Of a stretch of 64,000 nucleotides of DNA, positions 50,650 to 61,271 are shown piece by piece (positions within the stretch are counted from its first letter, which is position 1; each line of letters begins with the position of its first letter). This stretch comes from Candidatus Culexmicrobium cathedralense (GTDB taxonomy: Archaea; Thermoproteota; Methanomethylicia; Culexarchaeales; Culexmicrobiaceae). The DNA lies in NCBI GenBank assembly GCA_025061115.1, contig JANZKC010000001.1, positions 352,001 to 416,000 on the forward strand, in the 5' to 3' direction. Below the pieces are notes generated by a model. The model had not been told where the DNA came from and did not search any database. It saw only the letters and a list, made by a program, of their open reading frames with translations. The position numbers were made by a program, and so were the translations under genes.

Positions 50650-50817
50650 ACAATAATTTTAGATAAAGGATGCTTTAATAAAGCTAACGCTGAGCACTTA
50701 CCAGTATAATGGGAAATTTTAACCGTAACCAATTTGAAATGTAATTTGAAAAGCATTTAACTATTAAATGGCGAAATAAATGGTTCAATTCGAAAGGTTA
50801 TTTTATTTCACCTGGAG

Positions 50818-51684
50818 ATGAGCTCATTGAAGCTTAAAGGAAAAGCAATAAAAACGAAATACTGGCTGCCAGGGGAAGAGTATCTGAAATACATTATAGC
50901 AGTTGCCAAGAAAGTTGCAAAGGATGGAGATATTATAGTAATTTCCGAAAAAGCACTATCAATAGCTCATGGAAAACTAATCGACGAGTCCAAAGTTAAT
51001 CCAAACATTTTATCTATAATATTCACGTTCCTTTGGATGCGAATCGTATGGGCGTACGTGCTTGGACCACTATGCAAATTTAAATTGAAAACAATTAACT
51101 TCTTGAGGAAATATCCTTTAAGGGAAGGCGCAGCCCACAAGCAAATATGCCTCAGACTTGCAGGACCACTTCAAGCATTAAAGCACTACTCTGAAGGTGG
51201 AATAGATTTAAGCAACGTACCCTACAGCTATGCATGCCTACCACTCGAAAACCCTCAAGAAGTAGCAGAGAAAATCAAGCGGGAAATCCTAATGAAAACC
51301 GGTAAAAAAGTAGGCATACTAATTGTTGACAGCGATAAGACATACTCGCTGGGCAGACTGCATATAACATCAAGACCCACAGCAGTAAAAGGCATTAAAC
51401 CATTCATGGGGCTTATAGCTCTAATAATAGGTAGAGCCGCTGGGTGGAAGATCCGCGCAACCCCAATCGCATCTGCAGGAATAGAAATGGGCCCAGAGGA
51501 CCTACTTAAAATAGCTGATTTCGCAGACAAGGTGAGGGGAAGCGGAGCTGGAGCAACCGCATGGGAGGTAGCTGAAAGATTTAAAGTAAAGCCCAGCGAA
51601 GTCACTTGGAGCATGCTACTCTCAATAAAACATAAGCCAATAGTGGTTGTGAGAGTGATTAGAAATGAAAAGCGCGTGCGATGA
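50818..51684 (+). CDS. CofE-like (F420-0:gamma-glutamyl ligase family) protein
   Basis: DGDIIVISEKA, GGIDLSN, LP.ENP..A.KI, IVDSD, RGSG, PIVVVR. Confidence 0.75.
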   Translation: MSSLKLKGKAIKTKYWLPGEEYLKYIIAVAKKVAKDGDIIVISEKALSIAHGKLIDESKVNPNILSIIFTFLWMRIVWAYVLGPLCKFKLKTINFLRKYPLREGAAHKQICLRLAGPLQALKHYSEGGIDLSNVPYSYACLPLENPQEVAEKIKREILMKTGKKVGILIVDSDKTYSLGRLHITSRPTAVKGIKPFMGLIALIIGRAAGWKIRATPIASAGIEMGPEDLLKIADFADKVRGSGAGATAWEVAERFKVKPSEVTWSMLLSIKHKPIVVVRVIRNEKRVR

Positions 51685-51802
51685 AGCTGTTGAAATTGCC
51701 AATGCAATAGCTGCAATATCAACAACGAAAGTAGGAGCTAAAAACAGCTTGCCCAAATTAAGTGAAGTTAGAGAGGTACTGGCTAAGCTAAACTTAATTT
51801 AA
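51665..51802 (+). pseudogene. C-terminal remnant of a PfkB/ribokinase-family kinase
   Basis: Hand translation MKSACDEAVEIANAIAAISTTKVGAKNSLPKLSEVREVLAKLNLI matches the PfkB C-terminal AN..AA...T..GA..SLP...EV motif. Confidence 0.65.
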
Positions 51803-52960
51803 CTTATCAACTCGCTTCACGGGCATGAATATTGCTAAGAGACACGTAAGTGAATATGCACCAAAAATAAATGTCATAAGTTGATCGTATCCAAATAAAT
51901 CTACAACTACACCTCCAATAGCAGAGCCAATCGAAGCACCTAAAAAGCCAGTCGTATTGCCGATCCCTAAAGACAACCCCTTAATGCTTTCAGGAGAAGA
52001 CTCAACTGTATAGGTGATTATCGGTGCAGCTCCACCAGCACTTATAAAGCCAAAGAAAATGGCCGGTAAAACAACATGCGCGGGAGGAGAAACATGAAGC
52101 ATAAATATTGAAGCCAAAGTTAAACTAGTTATCAATACCATAGCCTTCTTACAGCCAATTCTATCCGTTAGAAAGCCGCCGAAAATCTGACCAGCAAATC
52201 CAGCCAAAGAGGATATAGACACCATCAAAGCTGCATCATCAATGCTGAGACCTTTACTTGACATGAAATACGATGGGAGAAAAGTGGCCAAGCCCATAGA
52301 ACCCATCATTAAAATTGCAGGAATCAAATATGCAAATAACAATGCTCCAAAATTATCCCTAATTAATTTAAATGAATAAGATGACGCACTACCCCTAAAT
52401 GGTTCAGAAACAAAGAGATGGAAAGCCAGAGCCAATATGAATCCCGGAATAGCACATACAATGAAGGCAGCTCTCCAGCCATAAGCAATTGCAATTTGAA
52501 CACCTATCAACGGTGCTACCGCCGACCCCAACCTTGAACCCGACATGAAAAAGCCGACGGCCCTACCTCTAAATTTCGGCTCAAAAGCGTCCGATAACAT
52601 CGATATCATTGGAGAGTAATAAGCTCCAGCAGCTAAGCCAAACAATGCCCTTGCCAGAACAAGTTGATTGTAATTGAGCACAAGAGCTGAAAGAAGCGTA
52701 GCGAGAGAAGAGAAGGCTATGCAAATTGAAATCATGGATTTCCTACTGACCTTATCAGTTAAAAGGCCAGCTGGAACCTGCATTAAAGCGTAGGTTGCGA
52801 AAAAAGCGGACATAAGCACTCCAGCCTCAAATCCACTCAACCTCAATTCTTCAACTATTAATAGAAGAAGGGGAGGAATCATCATCCTTAAAATGTAACT
52901 TAAGGTCCACCCAGCAAATCCCATGCCAAGCAGCACGAAGCCCCTGCGCGTAGCTGCCAC
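51794..52960 (-). CDS. MFS transporter
   Basis: About 12 TM; YALMQVPAGLLTDKVSRK, ARALFG, GFLTDRIG. Confidence 0.9.
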   Translation of the reverse strand: MAATRRGFVLLGMGFAGWTLSYILRMMIPPLLLLIVEELRLSGFEAGVLMSAFFATYALMQVPAGLLTDKVSRKSMISICIAFSSLATLLSALVLNYNQLVLARALFGLAAGAYYSPMISMLSDAFEPKFRGRAVGFFMSGSRLGSAVAPLIGVQIAIAYGWRAAFIVCAIPGFILALAFHLFVSEPFRGSASSYSFKLIRDNFGALLFAYLIPAILMMGSMGLATFLPSYFMSSKGLSIDDAALMVSISSLAGFAGQIFGGFLTDRIGCKKAMVLITSLTLASIFMLHVSPPAHVVLPAIFFGFISAGGAAPIITYTVESSPESIKGLSLGIGNTTGFLGASIGSAIGGVVVDLFGYDQLMTFIFGAYSLTCLLAIFMPVKRVDKLN

Positions 52961-53083
52961 CCCTCAAGTTCAATGAGCCATTGAATAAACTAAGTTAAAA
53001 TTAGGCGAAATAAGCGTTTGGAAGAATATTACTAATAAAGGAGAAGAAAATGAGTAAGCTACTCGATTTACAACTAATTGACT

Positions 53084-54001
53084 CTACAACCCACTTTTTA
53101 TCAAGTTTACTGCTTCCGTAGTGTAAAGCTTATACTTTCCAAGCTTTCCACCATAATTTGCAGCAGTAATCTTCTTGACGCCTTTAACTGAGGCAGCTGC
53201 TAAAATAGCTACACCCATAGCTCTAAGCACTCTCTTAACGTCAAGGCCGTTGATAACTATTTCATATACAGAGTTCACGTCGGGTGGAACCTTGCTGTCT
53301 GCAACTTTATCCTTAAGAGTTGGACAGTAGTAGTGATTCGTTGTTGCTATAAGCTTAAGATACTTTAATGAGCCAACTTTCGACCCGGACCTCACAATCC
53401 CCCCTGGGAAGGGCATTATAACTCCCTTAACATTACTTCTAACTGCTTCAACAGCCTTTTCAGCAGCTTCTAAAGCAGCGCTTTGATTCTCAGCTAAAAT
53501 CAGCAGATTTCCCCCTGCTACAGCCTTGACAACGCCAATTTTATCTTCAATTAGAAACTCCCCTTCCATTACGGGTATTCGCCACATGGTTTTCCCATAA
53601 ATTTCATCTTTCACTTCAAATCCATCACCGAACTTCGATAGAGGGCCGCCAACAGTCATGAAGCGCTTGGCTTTTGGCAGTCCATTGAAAACCGCTGTAG
53701 TTGGGCAAGTTAGCACACATTGACCAATTCTGCTCAGCACTTGAAACTTCAGCTTAGGTATGGATCTATGATATATTTGAATTAGCGCGCCGGGCCTACC
53801 ATCAGGGGTTTCATCTGGCGGCACTAGCCCTTCAACTCCTGCTTCTGCAGGCGCGGCAATAATTGAAGTTGCAAATCCCGTTGCCACTTGAGCTGCAGTT
53901 AAAGCCCACTTTTCATTTACAGCTGTAATAAGTATCCTTGTAGCATACATTGGAAAAGCTTCAGCAAAAGTCTCTACCACTTCAACGCCATTTACTTCCA
54001 C
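53084..54001 (-). CDS. ftr: Formylmethanofuran:H4MPT formyltransferase
   Basis: TFAEAF, TPDGRPG, RIGQCVLTCPTT, FGDG, PVMEGEF, VAGGN, SGSKVGS, YEIVING, NYGGKLG; GGAGGTGG RBS. Confidence 0.96.
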   Translation of the reverse strand: MEVNGVEVVETFAEAFPMYATRILITAVNEKWALTAAQVATGFATSIIAAPAEAGVEGLVPPDETPDGRPGALIQIYHRSIPKLKFQVLSRIGQCVLTCPTTAVFNGLPKAKRFMTVGGPLSKFGDGFEVKDEIYGKTMWRIPVMEGEFLIEDKIGVVKAVAGGNLLILAENQSAALEAAEKAVEAVRSNVKGVIMPFPGGIVRSGSKVGSLKYLKLIATTNHYYCPTLKDKVADSKVPPDVNSVYEIVINGLDVKRVLRAMGVAILAAASVKGVKKITAANYGGKLGKYKLYTTEAVNLIKSGL

Positions 54002-54068
54002 AAAACCACCTCCAAGTGCGATATAAATTCAAAACGCATTCATATTTATACGCTGCACTTTGTACGGA

Positions 54069-54097
54069 AATGAATTTACTTAAAGCTTAAATTCATT
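54069..54097. promoter_or_regulatory. Palindromic site between divergent ftr and mtd-fwd operon
   Basis: AATGAATTTA-N9-TAAATTCATT perfect 10-bp inverted repeat. Confidence 0.5.
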
Positions 54098-54130
54098 CTA
54101 CAGATATAAAAGATGCCGTTGGTGTTTGAC

Positions 54131-54969
54131 ATGGAGAATAGAGTAGTGAAGACAAGCATTGTAAAAATTGGATGTATAGGATGCAGCCCGCAACTCGAGT
54201 ACCTACTTGATGAGCGAGCTGACAGAAAGGATATTGACGTTCGAGTTTTCAGGTCATGATCAAAGCTCGACGAGGAGAGAGCGACTGATGTGGCAAAAAG
54301 AGCACTGGAATTCGAACCTAACATAGTAATCATATCAACCCCAAATGCAGCTCTCCCTGGGCCAACCAAGGCTAGAGAACTCATTGCCAACAAAGGAATT
54401 CCTATAATAATCATAGCGGATGCTCCTACAAAGAAGATTGCTGACAAGCTAAAGGAGGGAGGATTCGGCTACATTATTGTAGAGGCAGATTCCATGCTAG
54501 GAGCTAGAAGAGAATTTCTAGACCCAGTTGAAATGGCAGTATATGATTCAGACTTAATTAAAGTTTTAGCTATAACCGGAGCATTCTCCATCATATATGA
54601 GGCAGTTGATAAGGTCATAATATCCATAAAGAAAGGCGAAAAGCCTGATCTCCCAACAATAATTGTTAATCGAAAAGTAGCTGCAGAGGCAGCTAAATTC
54701 AATAATCCATATGCAAAGGCAAAAGCGATGGCGGCATTCGAAATGTCAAAGCGAGTTGCAGATCTAACGACAAGAGCCTGCTTCGTAATTAAAGAATGGG
54801 AAGAGTACACCACACTATATGCAGCAGCTCACGAATTAATGAGGCATGCATCACGACTAGCAGATGAAACTAGAGAAATCGAAAAGTACGGAGACCACCT
54901 AGTCAGAAAGCCTCATTACAAGGATGGAAGAATAATGATGAAGTCAAAATTAATTGAAAAGCCGGTTAG
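54131..54969 (+). pseudogene. mtd: F420-dependent methylene-H4MPT dehydrogenase, inactivated
   Basis: ATG 54131 ..LLDERADRKDIDVRVFRS*SKL: TGA 54257-54259 at the conserved GSGAK Gly; then PNAALPGP, GARREFLDPVEMA, NPYAKAKA, AAAHE; likely native TAG (54967-54969) is out of frame. Confidence 0.88.
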
Positions 54970-54988
54970 GATGGAGGAGGTAAAAAAC

Positions 54989-56737
54989 ATGAGTTGCAGC
55001 AAAATCGAAGTAACCTTAATAACAGGCAGAAGCATTGACCAGGGAGTTGCACTGGATAAAGGTAAACTGACAAACGAATACTATGAGAAAGTCGCCATAA
55101 TTGAGCTAGACGCAGAAGACCTAGCTAAGCTAGGAATCTTAGAAGGCTCAAACGTCGAGGTAACCACGAAGTTCGGCATCGTAGTCGTCAAAGCTGTAAA
55201 ATCGAGGTTTAAACATCCGGGAATAGCATTCATGCCCATGAGTCCATGGGCAAATCTAGTCATAGACTCAAGCACATATGGATCTGGAATGCCAACCTTT
55301 AAGGGCATCTTAGCAGAAGTGAGATCTACGGATAAAAAGCCACTATCCCCAAGTGAATTAATAAGTCATGTCCATGGCGTAAAAGTTCCCAATGTAGAAA
55401 TAAGTGAATTTAAAGTTCAAAAATCAGGTGAAGAAAAAGTTTACACATCAGTTATATGTAGCTTCTGCGGCTGCCTATGCGATGACCTAGAAGTCAAAGT
55501 TAAGGACGGAAGAATAATTGAAGTTAAGCGAGCGTGCCCACTTGGAAGATCTAAGATACTCCATTACCTGGAAAACAGAGTCTTGAAACCAATGATAAAA
55601 GTTGATGGAAAATTTGCGGAGACAAGCCTTGAACATGCAATAAGGAAAGCAGCTGAAATACTCGTAAATGCATCATATCCGCTCCTATACGGATGGAGCT
55701 CAACTTCAACTGAAGCCATCAGAATAGGAGTAGAGCTAGCTGAACTGCTAGGCGCAGCATTCGACAACACAAGCGTCATGTGCCACGGCCCAACAATACT
55801 GGGAGTTCAAGAAGCTGGAACCGTAGCGGCAACTCTAGGACAAATAAGAAACTACGCAGACTTAATTATCTACTGGGGCTGCAATCCATTCCATGCACAT
55901 CCAAAACACCCAGCAAGGTATAGCGCGATGGCCAAAGGAGTATACGTGAAAACGCGCAAAGAAAGGAAGGTTGTAGTTGTCGATGTGAGAGAAACACCAA
56001 CAGCCAAAGTAGCAGACATATTCATCAAAGTTAAGCCGGGAGGAGATTACGAGCTAATTAAAGCGCTTAGAATGGCAGTAAATGACTTAGATATTGAAGC
56101 CGAAGAAGTCTCAGGAGTTCCCACTGACAAGATATATGAGCTCGCAGACATGATGAGGTCAGCTAAGTTCGGAGCACTATTCTTTGGTCTTGGAGTGACA
56201 ATGACTAGAGGTAAAGGCAGAAACATAGAGGAAGTAATAAAGCTAGTTCAGGAGCTAAACAGCTGGACAAAGTTCGTCCTGCTTCCAATGAGGGGGCACT
56301 ACAACGTTGTAGGTGCAAACATGGCAACACTATGGGCAACTGGATTCCCCTACGCCGTAGACTTTAGCAGAGGATATCCAAGGCACAACCCCGGAGTAAC
56401 CTCAGCTTCAGATCTATTATTAAATGGAGATGTAGATGCAGCATTAATAGTTGCCTCCGACCCAGTAGCTCACTTCCCAGCTCAAGCAGTTAAAAACCTA
56501 ACTAAAATACCAGTCATAACTGTAGATCCAAAATGGAATTTGACAAGCCTAATATCACAAGTCGTAATACCATCAGCAATCGTAGGAATAGAATGCGAAG
56601 GATCAGCCTACAGGATGGACAAAGTCGTGTTAAGATTAAAGAAGCTCGTGGAACCCCCGCCAGGAGTTCTGAGCGATGAAGAAATCCTGAAAATGCTGCT
56701 CCATGAAGTTAAAAAGCTTAAGGGGGTTGAGGCATGA
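54989..56737 (+). CDS. fwdB: Formylmethanofuran dehydrogenase FwdD-FwdB fusion
   Basis: GGAGG RBS then MSCSKIEVTLITGRSIDQG..GMPTFKG (FwdD), short linker, CSFCGCLCDD..C, MCHGP, WGCNP..HP.H, MRGHYNV (FwdB). Confidence 0.9.
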   Translation: MSCSKIEVTLITGRSIDQGVALDKGKLTNEYYEKVAIIELDAEDLAKLGILEGSNVEVTTKFGIVVVKAVKSRFKHPGIAFMPMSPWANLVIDSSTYGSGMPTFKGILAEVRSTDKKPLSPSELISHVHGVKVPNVEISEFKVQKSGEEKVYTSVICSFCGCLCDDLEVKVKDGRIIEVKRACPLGRSKILHYLENRVLKPMIKVDGKFAETSLEHAIRKAAEILVNASYPLLYGWSSTSTEAIRIGVELAELLGAAFDNTSVMCHGPTILGVQEAGTVAATLGQIRNYADLIIYWGCNPFHAHPKHPARYSAMAKGVYVKTRKERKVVVVDVRETPTAKVADIFIKVKPGGDYELIKALRMAVNDLDIEAEEVSGVPTDKIYELADMMRSAKFGALFFGLGVTMTRGKGRNIEEVIKLVQELNSWTKFVLLPMRGHYNVVGANMATLWATGFPYAVDFSRGYPRHNPGVTSASDLLLNGDVDAALIVASDPVAHFPAQAVKNLTKIPVITVDPKWNLTSLISQVVIPSAIVGIECEGSAYRMDKVVLRLKKLVEPPPGVLSDEEILKMLLHEVKKLKGVEA

Positions 56738-58446
56738 AACATCAAATACTAATTAAAAATGGGTACGTTTACGACCCAATCAATAAAATTAATGGAGAAA
56801 AAATGGACTTAGCCATTAAGAATGGCAAAATAGTCCCAGCAAATGAAATTGACGAATCCAAAGCAAAAATAATAGATGCTTCCGGCAAAGTAGTCATGCC
56901 AGGCGGAATAGACCTGCACACGCACATTGCAGGACCAAAAGTAAACCTTGGAAGGCTCATGCGCCCCGAAGACCACTACAACAGCATTGTAAAGCTAATA
57001 CCAGGAATTAGAAGATCGGGCACGGGATTAACCACACCTTCAACAACAGTAACAGGCTACAAGTACGCTAAGATGGGTTGGACCACAGTTATCGACCCAG
57101 CATCACCTCCACTCAAGAATAGGCACACCCACGAAGAACTGGACGATACGCCAATACTCGATAAGGCAGTATTCATATTAATGGACTCAAACTGGATTGT
57201 CCTAAGCTACTTAGAAAAAGGCGAAATTGAAAAATGCGCAGCATTTGTTGCATGGCTCCTCAAAGCAACTAAAGGCTATGCAATTAAAATCGTGGATCCG
57301 GGAGTAGCTATACCATGGAGCAGAGGCAAAGGATATGGGCTTGACTTGGACGATCAAATACCGCCATTCAACCTAACCCCAAGAGAAATAATTAGAGGAC
57401 TATGCAAAGTCAATAAAATGTTAAAGCTCCCCCATCCAATTCACGTACACTGCAACAGGCTTGGAATTCCAGGAAACTACCACACCACACTTAATACTAT
57501 GAAGGCAGTTTCAGACCTCGCCAATGAAGAAGTAAACATCCACATAACCCACGTGCAATTCAACAGCTATGGAGGAGTTGGATGGGCAAACCTGAAGAGC
57601 AAAGCAGAGGAAATCGCAAAATACGTCAACTCAACTAGCCACGCCAGTCTAGACATGGGCCAAATAATATTCGGAGAAGCAACTACGATGACAGCCGACG
57701 CCCCCTTCGAATACGCACTATACCACACGACAAAGTGGAAGTGGGGTGGAGCGGAAGTAGAAGCTGAAGCAGCGGCAGGAATAGTTCCATTCACCTATAA
57801 GAGAAGAAACTACGTAAATGCAATTCAATGGTGCATAGGACTTGAAGTAGCACTCTTAGTAGAAGATCCATGGAAAGTGGTTCTAACGACAGACCACCCA
57901 AATGGAGGACCCTTCACGAGCTACCCCCAAGTAATTGCTTGGTTAATGAGCAAAAAAGCAAGAGAAAAAGTCATCAACAAACTGAATAAAAGAGCATTAA
58001 GAGAAGTAGTTTTACCATCAATAGATAAGGAATACGGTCTATACGAGATAGCAGTAATAACCAGGGCAGGCCCAGCAAAGCTGCTAGGCCTAGAAAGCAT
58101 TAAAGGACATCTAGGCCCAGGAGCAGATGCAGACATAGCAATCTACGACCTGAATCCAGACGAAATGGACTTCTCAGAAAACTATGAAGCAATAGAGAGG
58201 GCATTTAGCAGCGCAGCATACACCATCAAAGGCGGAGAGATAGTAGTGAAGGAAGGAGAACTCGTAAAGTACAATTACGGAAAGACGTATTATGTGGAAG
58301 CAAAAGTCGAAAATGCACTACTAAATGAAGTCATGGAAGAAGTTAAGAAGAAATTCCAAGATTGGTACACAGTCAGCTTCGAAAACTACGAAATTAAAGA
58401 TCATGAAATTAGGCATCTAAAACCAATAAAAGTTGGAGGTACATAA
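56734..58446 (+). CDS. fwdA: Formylmethanofuran dehydrogenase subunit A
   Basis: DLHTHIAG, RPEDH, AIKIVDPG, HVHCN, THVQF, QWCIGLE, TTDHPNGGPF. Confidence 0.96.
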   Translation: MKHQILIKNGYVYDPINKINGEKMDLAIKNGKIVPANEIDESKAKIIDASGKVVMPGGIDLHTHIAGPKVNLGRLMRPEDHYNSIVKLIPGIRRSGTGLTTPSTTVTGYKYAKMGWTTVIDPASPPLKNRHTHEELDDTPILDKAVFILMDSNWIVLSYLEKGEIEKCAAFVAWLLKATKGYAIKIVDPGVAIPWSRGKGYGLDLDDQIPPFNLTPREIIRGLCKVNKMLKLPHPIHVHCNRLGIPGNYHTTLNTMKAVSDLANEEVNIHITHVQFNSYGGVGWANLKSKAEEIAKYVNSTSHASLDMGQIIFGEATTMTADAPFEYALYHTTKWKWGGAEVEAEAAAGIVPFTYKRRNYVNAIQWCIGLEVALLVEDPWKVVLTTDHPNGGPFTSYPQVIAWLMSKKAREKVINKLNKRALREVVLPSIDKEYGLYEIAVITRAGPAKLLGLESIKGHLGPGADADIAIYDLNPDEMDFSENYEAIERAFSSAAYTIKGGEIVVKEGELVKYNYGKTYYVEAKVENALLNEVMEEVKKKFQDWYTVSFENYEIKDHEIRHLKPIKVGGT

Positions 58447-58447
58447 T

Positions 58448-59317
58448 ATGGATAAAATGTATGAAATAATTCTAAAACCAAAAAAGGAGTTTCATGTGCC
58501 AGTTGAAGTAGAAGTCATTAGCCCAGACAAGCTAGCCGGAAAGTCAATCAGCGAAATAAAAAACGAAATAGTCTACGAAGGAAATAGAATGAAGAGGCTT
58601 GAAGAACTTTTTGAAGTAACTGGAGAAGTGGGAGAAGCTCCCGACAAAATAAGAATCATAATTGAAAATAGTAGCAAAAAGCTTTGGAGAATAGGAGAAG
58701 GAATGACAGCCGGAGAAATTATCGTCAAAGGAAATGCAGGAAATTACCTCGGGAAAAACATGGCAGGAGGAAAAATAACAGTCCACGGAAATACAGGCTC
58801 ATGGATAGGAGCCGAAATGATAGATGGCACCATTGAAATCCACGGAAACGCAGGAAATTACGTTGGAGCCAGATTCAGAGGTGAAACGCAAAAGAAGGGA
58901 ATGAAGGGAGGCAAAATAATAATCCACGGAAAAGCAGGAGTTGAAGTAGGCTATGGAATGTTGAAAGGAGCCATAATAATAGACGGCAACTGCCTAGAAT
59001 TTCCAGGAATAAAAATGAAAGGAGGAAGCATACTAATAAAAGGAAATTGCCCAGGAAGAGCTGGAGCAGAAATGACTGGAGGCAAAATAGTAATTTGCGG
59101 ACGAGTAGAATCAATACTACCCTCATTCTACATTGAAAGCATCGAGAAAGCCGCAAAAGTTAAAGGAATAAAGGTTGAAGGGCCATTCTACATGTTCCTA
59201 GGAGACTACCTAGCAAGCAGAAGACCATATGGAAGATTATACGTGTCAATATCCAATAACCCTCACCTAAAGAATTATGCTAAATTGATAGAGGAGGGAG
59301 GTGAGCAAAATGATTAG
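58448..59317 (+). CDS. fwdC: Formylmethanofuran dehydrogenase subunit C
   Basis: ISPD, EGN, repeated G..M.GG.I.V.GNAG beta-helix; GGAGG RBS. Confidence 0.95.
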   Translation: MDKMYEIILKPKKEFHVPVEVEVISPDKLAGKSISEIKNEIVYEGNRMKRLEELFEVTGEVGEAPDKIRIIIENSSKKLWRIGEGMTAGEIIVKGNAGNYLGKNMAGGKITVHGNTGSWIGAEMIDGTIEIHGNAGNYVGARFRGETQKKGMKGGKIIIHGKAGVEVGYGMLKGAIIIDGNCLEFPGIKMKGGSILIKGNCPGRAGAEMTGGKIVICGRVESILPSFYIESIEKAAKVKGIKVEGPFYMFLGDYLASRRPYGRLYVSISNNPHLKNYAKLIEEGGEQND

Positions 59318-60177
59318 CGCCAATAAGAAAGCCCTTAAAATAGTTGACGAAATTCCTCGCAGGAGTATATGCATCAAAAGTCTGTCTCGGCGGACTAGCT
59401 GAAGTAAACCTATCCCACAACAATTATGGAGAAATGCTGCTACCAGTCGTGAATGTCTACACAGATCATCCAGTAATAGCCTGCATGGCATCACAATACG
59501 CAGGATGGAGAATAAGCGTTGGAAAATACTTTGCAATGGGCTCCGGTCCAGCCAGAGCACTATCCAAAAAGCCCAAAAGCCTATATCAGGAACTGGGATA
59601 CGAAGATACTTCGGATGAAGAGTGATTGTCCTGGAGTCATCAAAGCTCCCACCAGACGAAGCCATAAGCTTAATAGCTGAAAAGTGCAACGTAAAGCCTC
59701 AAGATCTATACATCCTAGTAACGCCTACAAATAGTATTGCAGGATCAGCGCAAATAAGCGCTAGAATAGTTGAAACTGGAATACACAAACTTCACGAACT
59801 AAAATTCAAAATAAAGAGCATAATAAGCGGGTCGGGCATCTGCCCAATAGCTCCAGTGCACCCAGATCCAACAAAATGATGGATAGAACAAACGACATGA
59901 TACTATATGGAGGAGAAACAACATACCTAGTAGACTTCGAAGATGAAGAAGAGCTAAAACAAATAGTGAAAAAGTGCCCTCATCAACTTCAAGAGATTAT
60001 GGAAGGCCATTCTACGAAATATTCAAGAGCTATAACTTTGACTTCTATCAGGTTGACCCAGGACTATTTGCACCAGCAACAATTACGGTAACAAATAGAA
60101 GAACAGGATCAACATACAGAAGCGGCTACATCAACAATGAAGTGCCCAGGAAGTCAGTCAAATTTGAAATTCTTTAA
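59310..60177 (+). pseudogene. mch: Methenyl-H4MPT cyclohydrolase, multiply frameshifted
   Basis: [15 protein letters not shown] / [28 protein letters not shown] / VLES..PTNSIAGSAQISARIVETG / RTNDMILYGG / [25 protein letters not shown], split by frameshifts near 59355, 59620, 59877 and 59973. Confidence 0.92.
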
Positions 60178-60184
60178 ACATAGT

Positions 60185-61244
60185 ATGAGGAAAATCAGAG
60201 ATAGAGACTTCATTGAAAGCAAAAAAGGGATGCTATTCTGCGTAGTCGGTAATGTACATCCAAAAGACAGAGCAATATCCTACTTAAAATACATTCCATG
60301 GAAAGAAGAAAACGCAGCAAGATTAGGCTGGAAAAGAGAGGAACAAGAATATTACCATATTACGGAGCGCCATGAGTACTAAAAGTTAAAGGATACTTAA
60401 AAAGCCACTACCCAGATTACGTGTACTTCGATCCCCACCTAAACATAGAAATCATAGGAGTACCGCTGGAACGCATAAAGAAACACTACAAGCCGGAGGA
60501 GAGAGTTATAGAAATACTGGAAATGCCTCGAGACAGTTTCGAAGTAATGGTTGCGGAAATGATTCAAGAAATATCCAGCACAAGCAGAATATCAACAAAC
60601 CATTTTGGCGTTACAGGGTCAATTCTGGTTAAAATACATAATCCAAGCTTCTCCGATATAGACCTAACAGTATATGGATATGAAAATGCACTAAAAGCTA
60701 AGCACGCACTAATCGAGCTACTTAAAAGCAGCAAAAACTTTAGGCGACTAAACAAAGATGAAATAGAAAAGTACGCCAAAGAAATATCGAGAATACACGC
60801 TTTAAACTTCACAGAAGCATCAATGCTATTTAAGGAAAGATGGTATGCAGGCATTTTAAAAACAAGTTCTTCTCACTTCATCCAGTTAAAACTGAAGGCG
60901 AAGTACATGAAGAATACGAATCAAGAATCTACAAGCCTAAGGGGCTAATCCTAATAAAATGCACCGTAAGCGACGCAAAAGACGCAATTTTCCTACCATC
61001 CAAATACATCGTCAATGAAGTTGAAATAATAGAAGGACCGAAAGTAAACGATATAAGAGAAGTAGTTAGCTTTGAGGGACTATTCTGCGACATTGCATCA
61101 GCAGGAGAGAAGATTTACGTTAAAGGTAAACTAGAAGAAGTTATAGATTTGAGCAGCGGCGATAAATATCACAGAGTTCAGGTAGGCTCATTTGAAGCTA
61201 AGGGGCAAGACCACATTAAGCCTAGCAGATGGCTTAAAATGTAA
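60185..61244 (+). pseudogene. Archaeal nucleotidyltransferase-domain protein, disrupted
   Basis: RDRDFIES..F.VVGNVHP..YLKY; frameshift near 60345; TGA 60373-60375; GVTGSIL..SDIDL; frameshift near 60855; C-terminal OB-like GEKIYVKGKLE. Confidence 0.82.
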
Positions 61245-61271
61245 GTTCTCAAATGAATAGTTGATAGCAAT

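Noticed and set aside
54257-54259. UGA recoding (Sec or Gly) in mtd and at 60373
   Set aside because: The mtd site is a conserved Gly, not Cys; many intact genes here end in TGA; both genes carry other lesions.
54989-59317. Interpreting Fwd+Ftr as a methylotroph-type Fhc complex
   Set aside because: FwdB retains the 4Fe-4S cysteines and the metal-ligand Cys, and FwdD is present, unlike Fhc.
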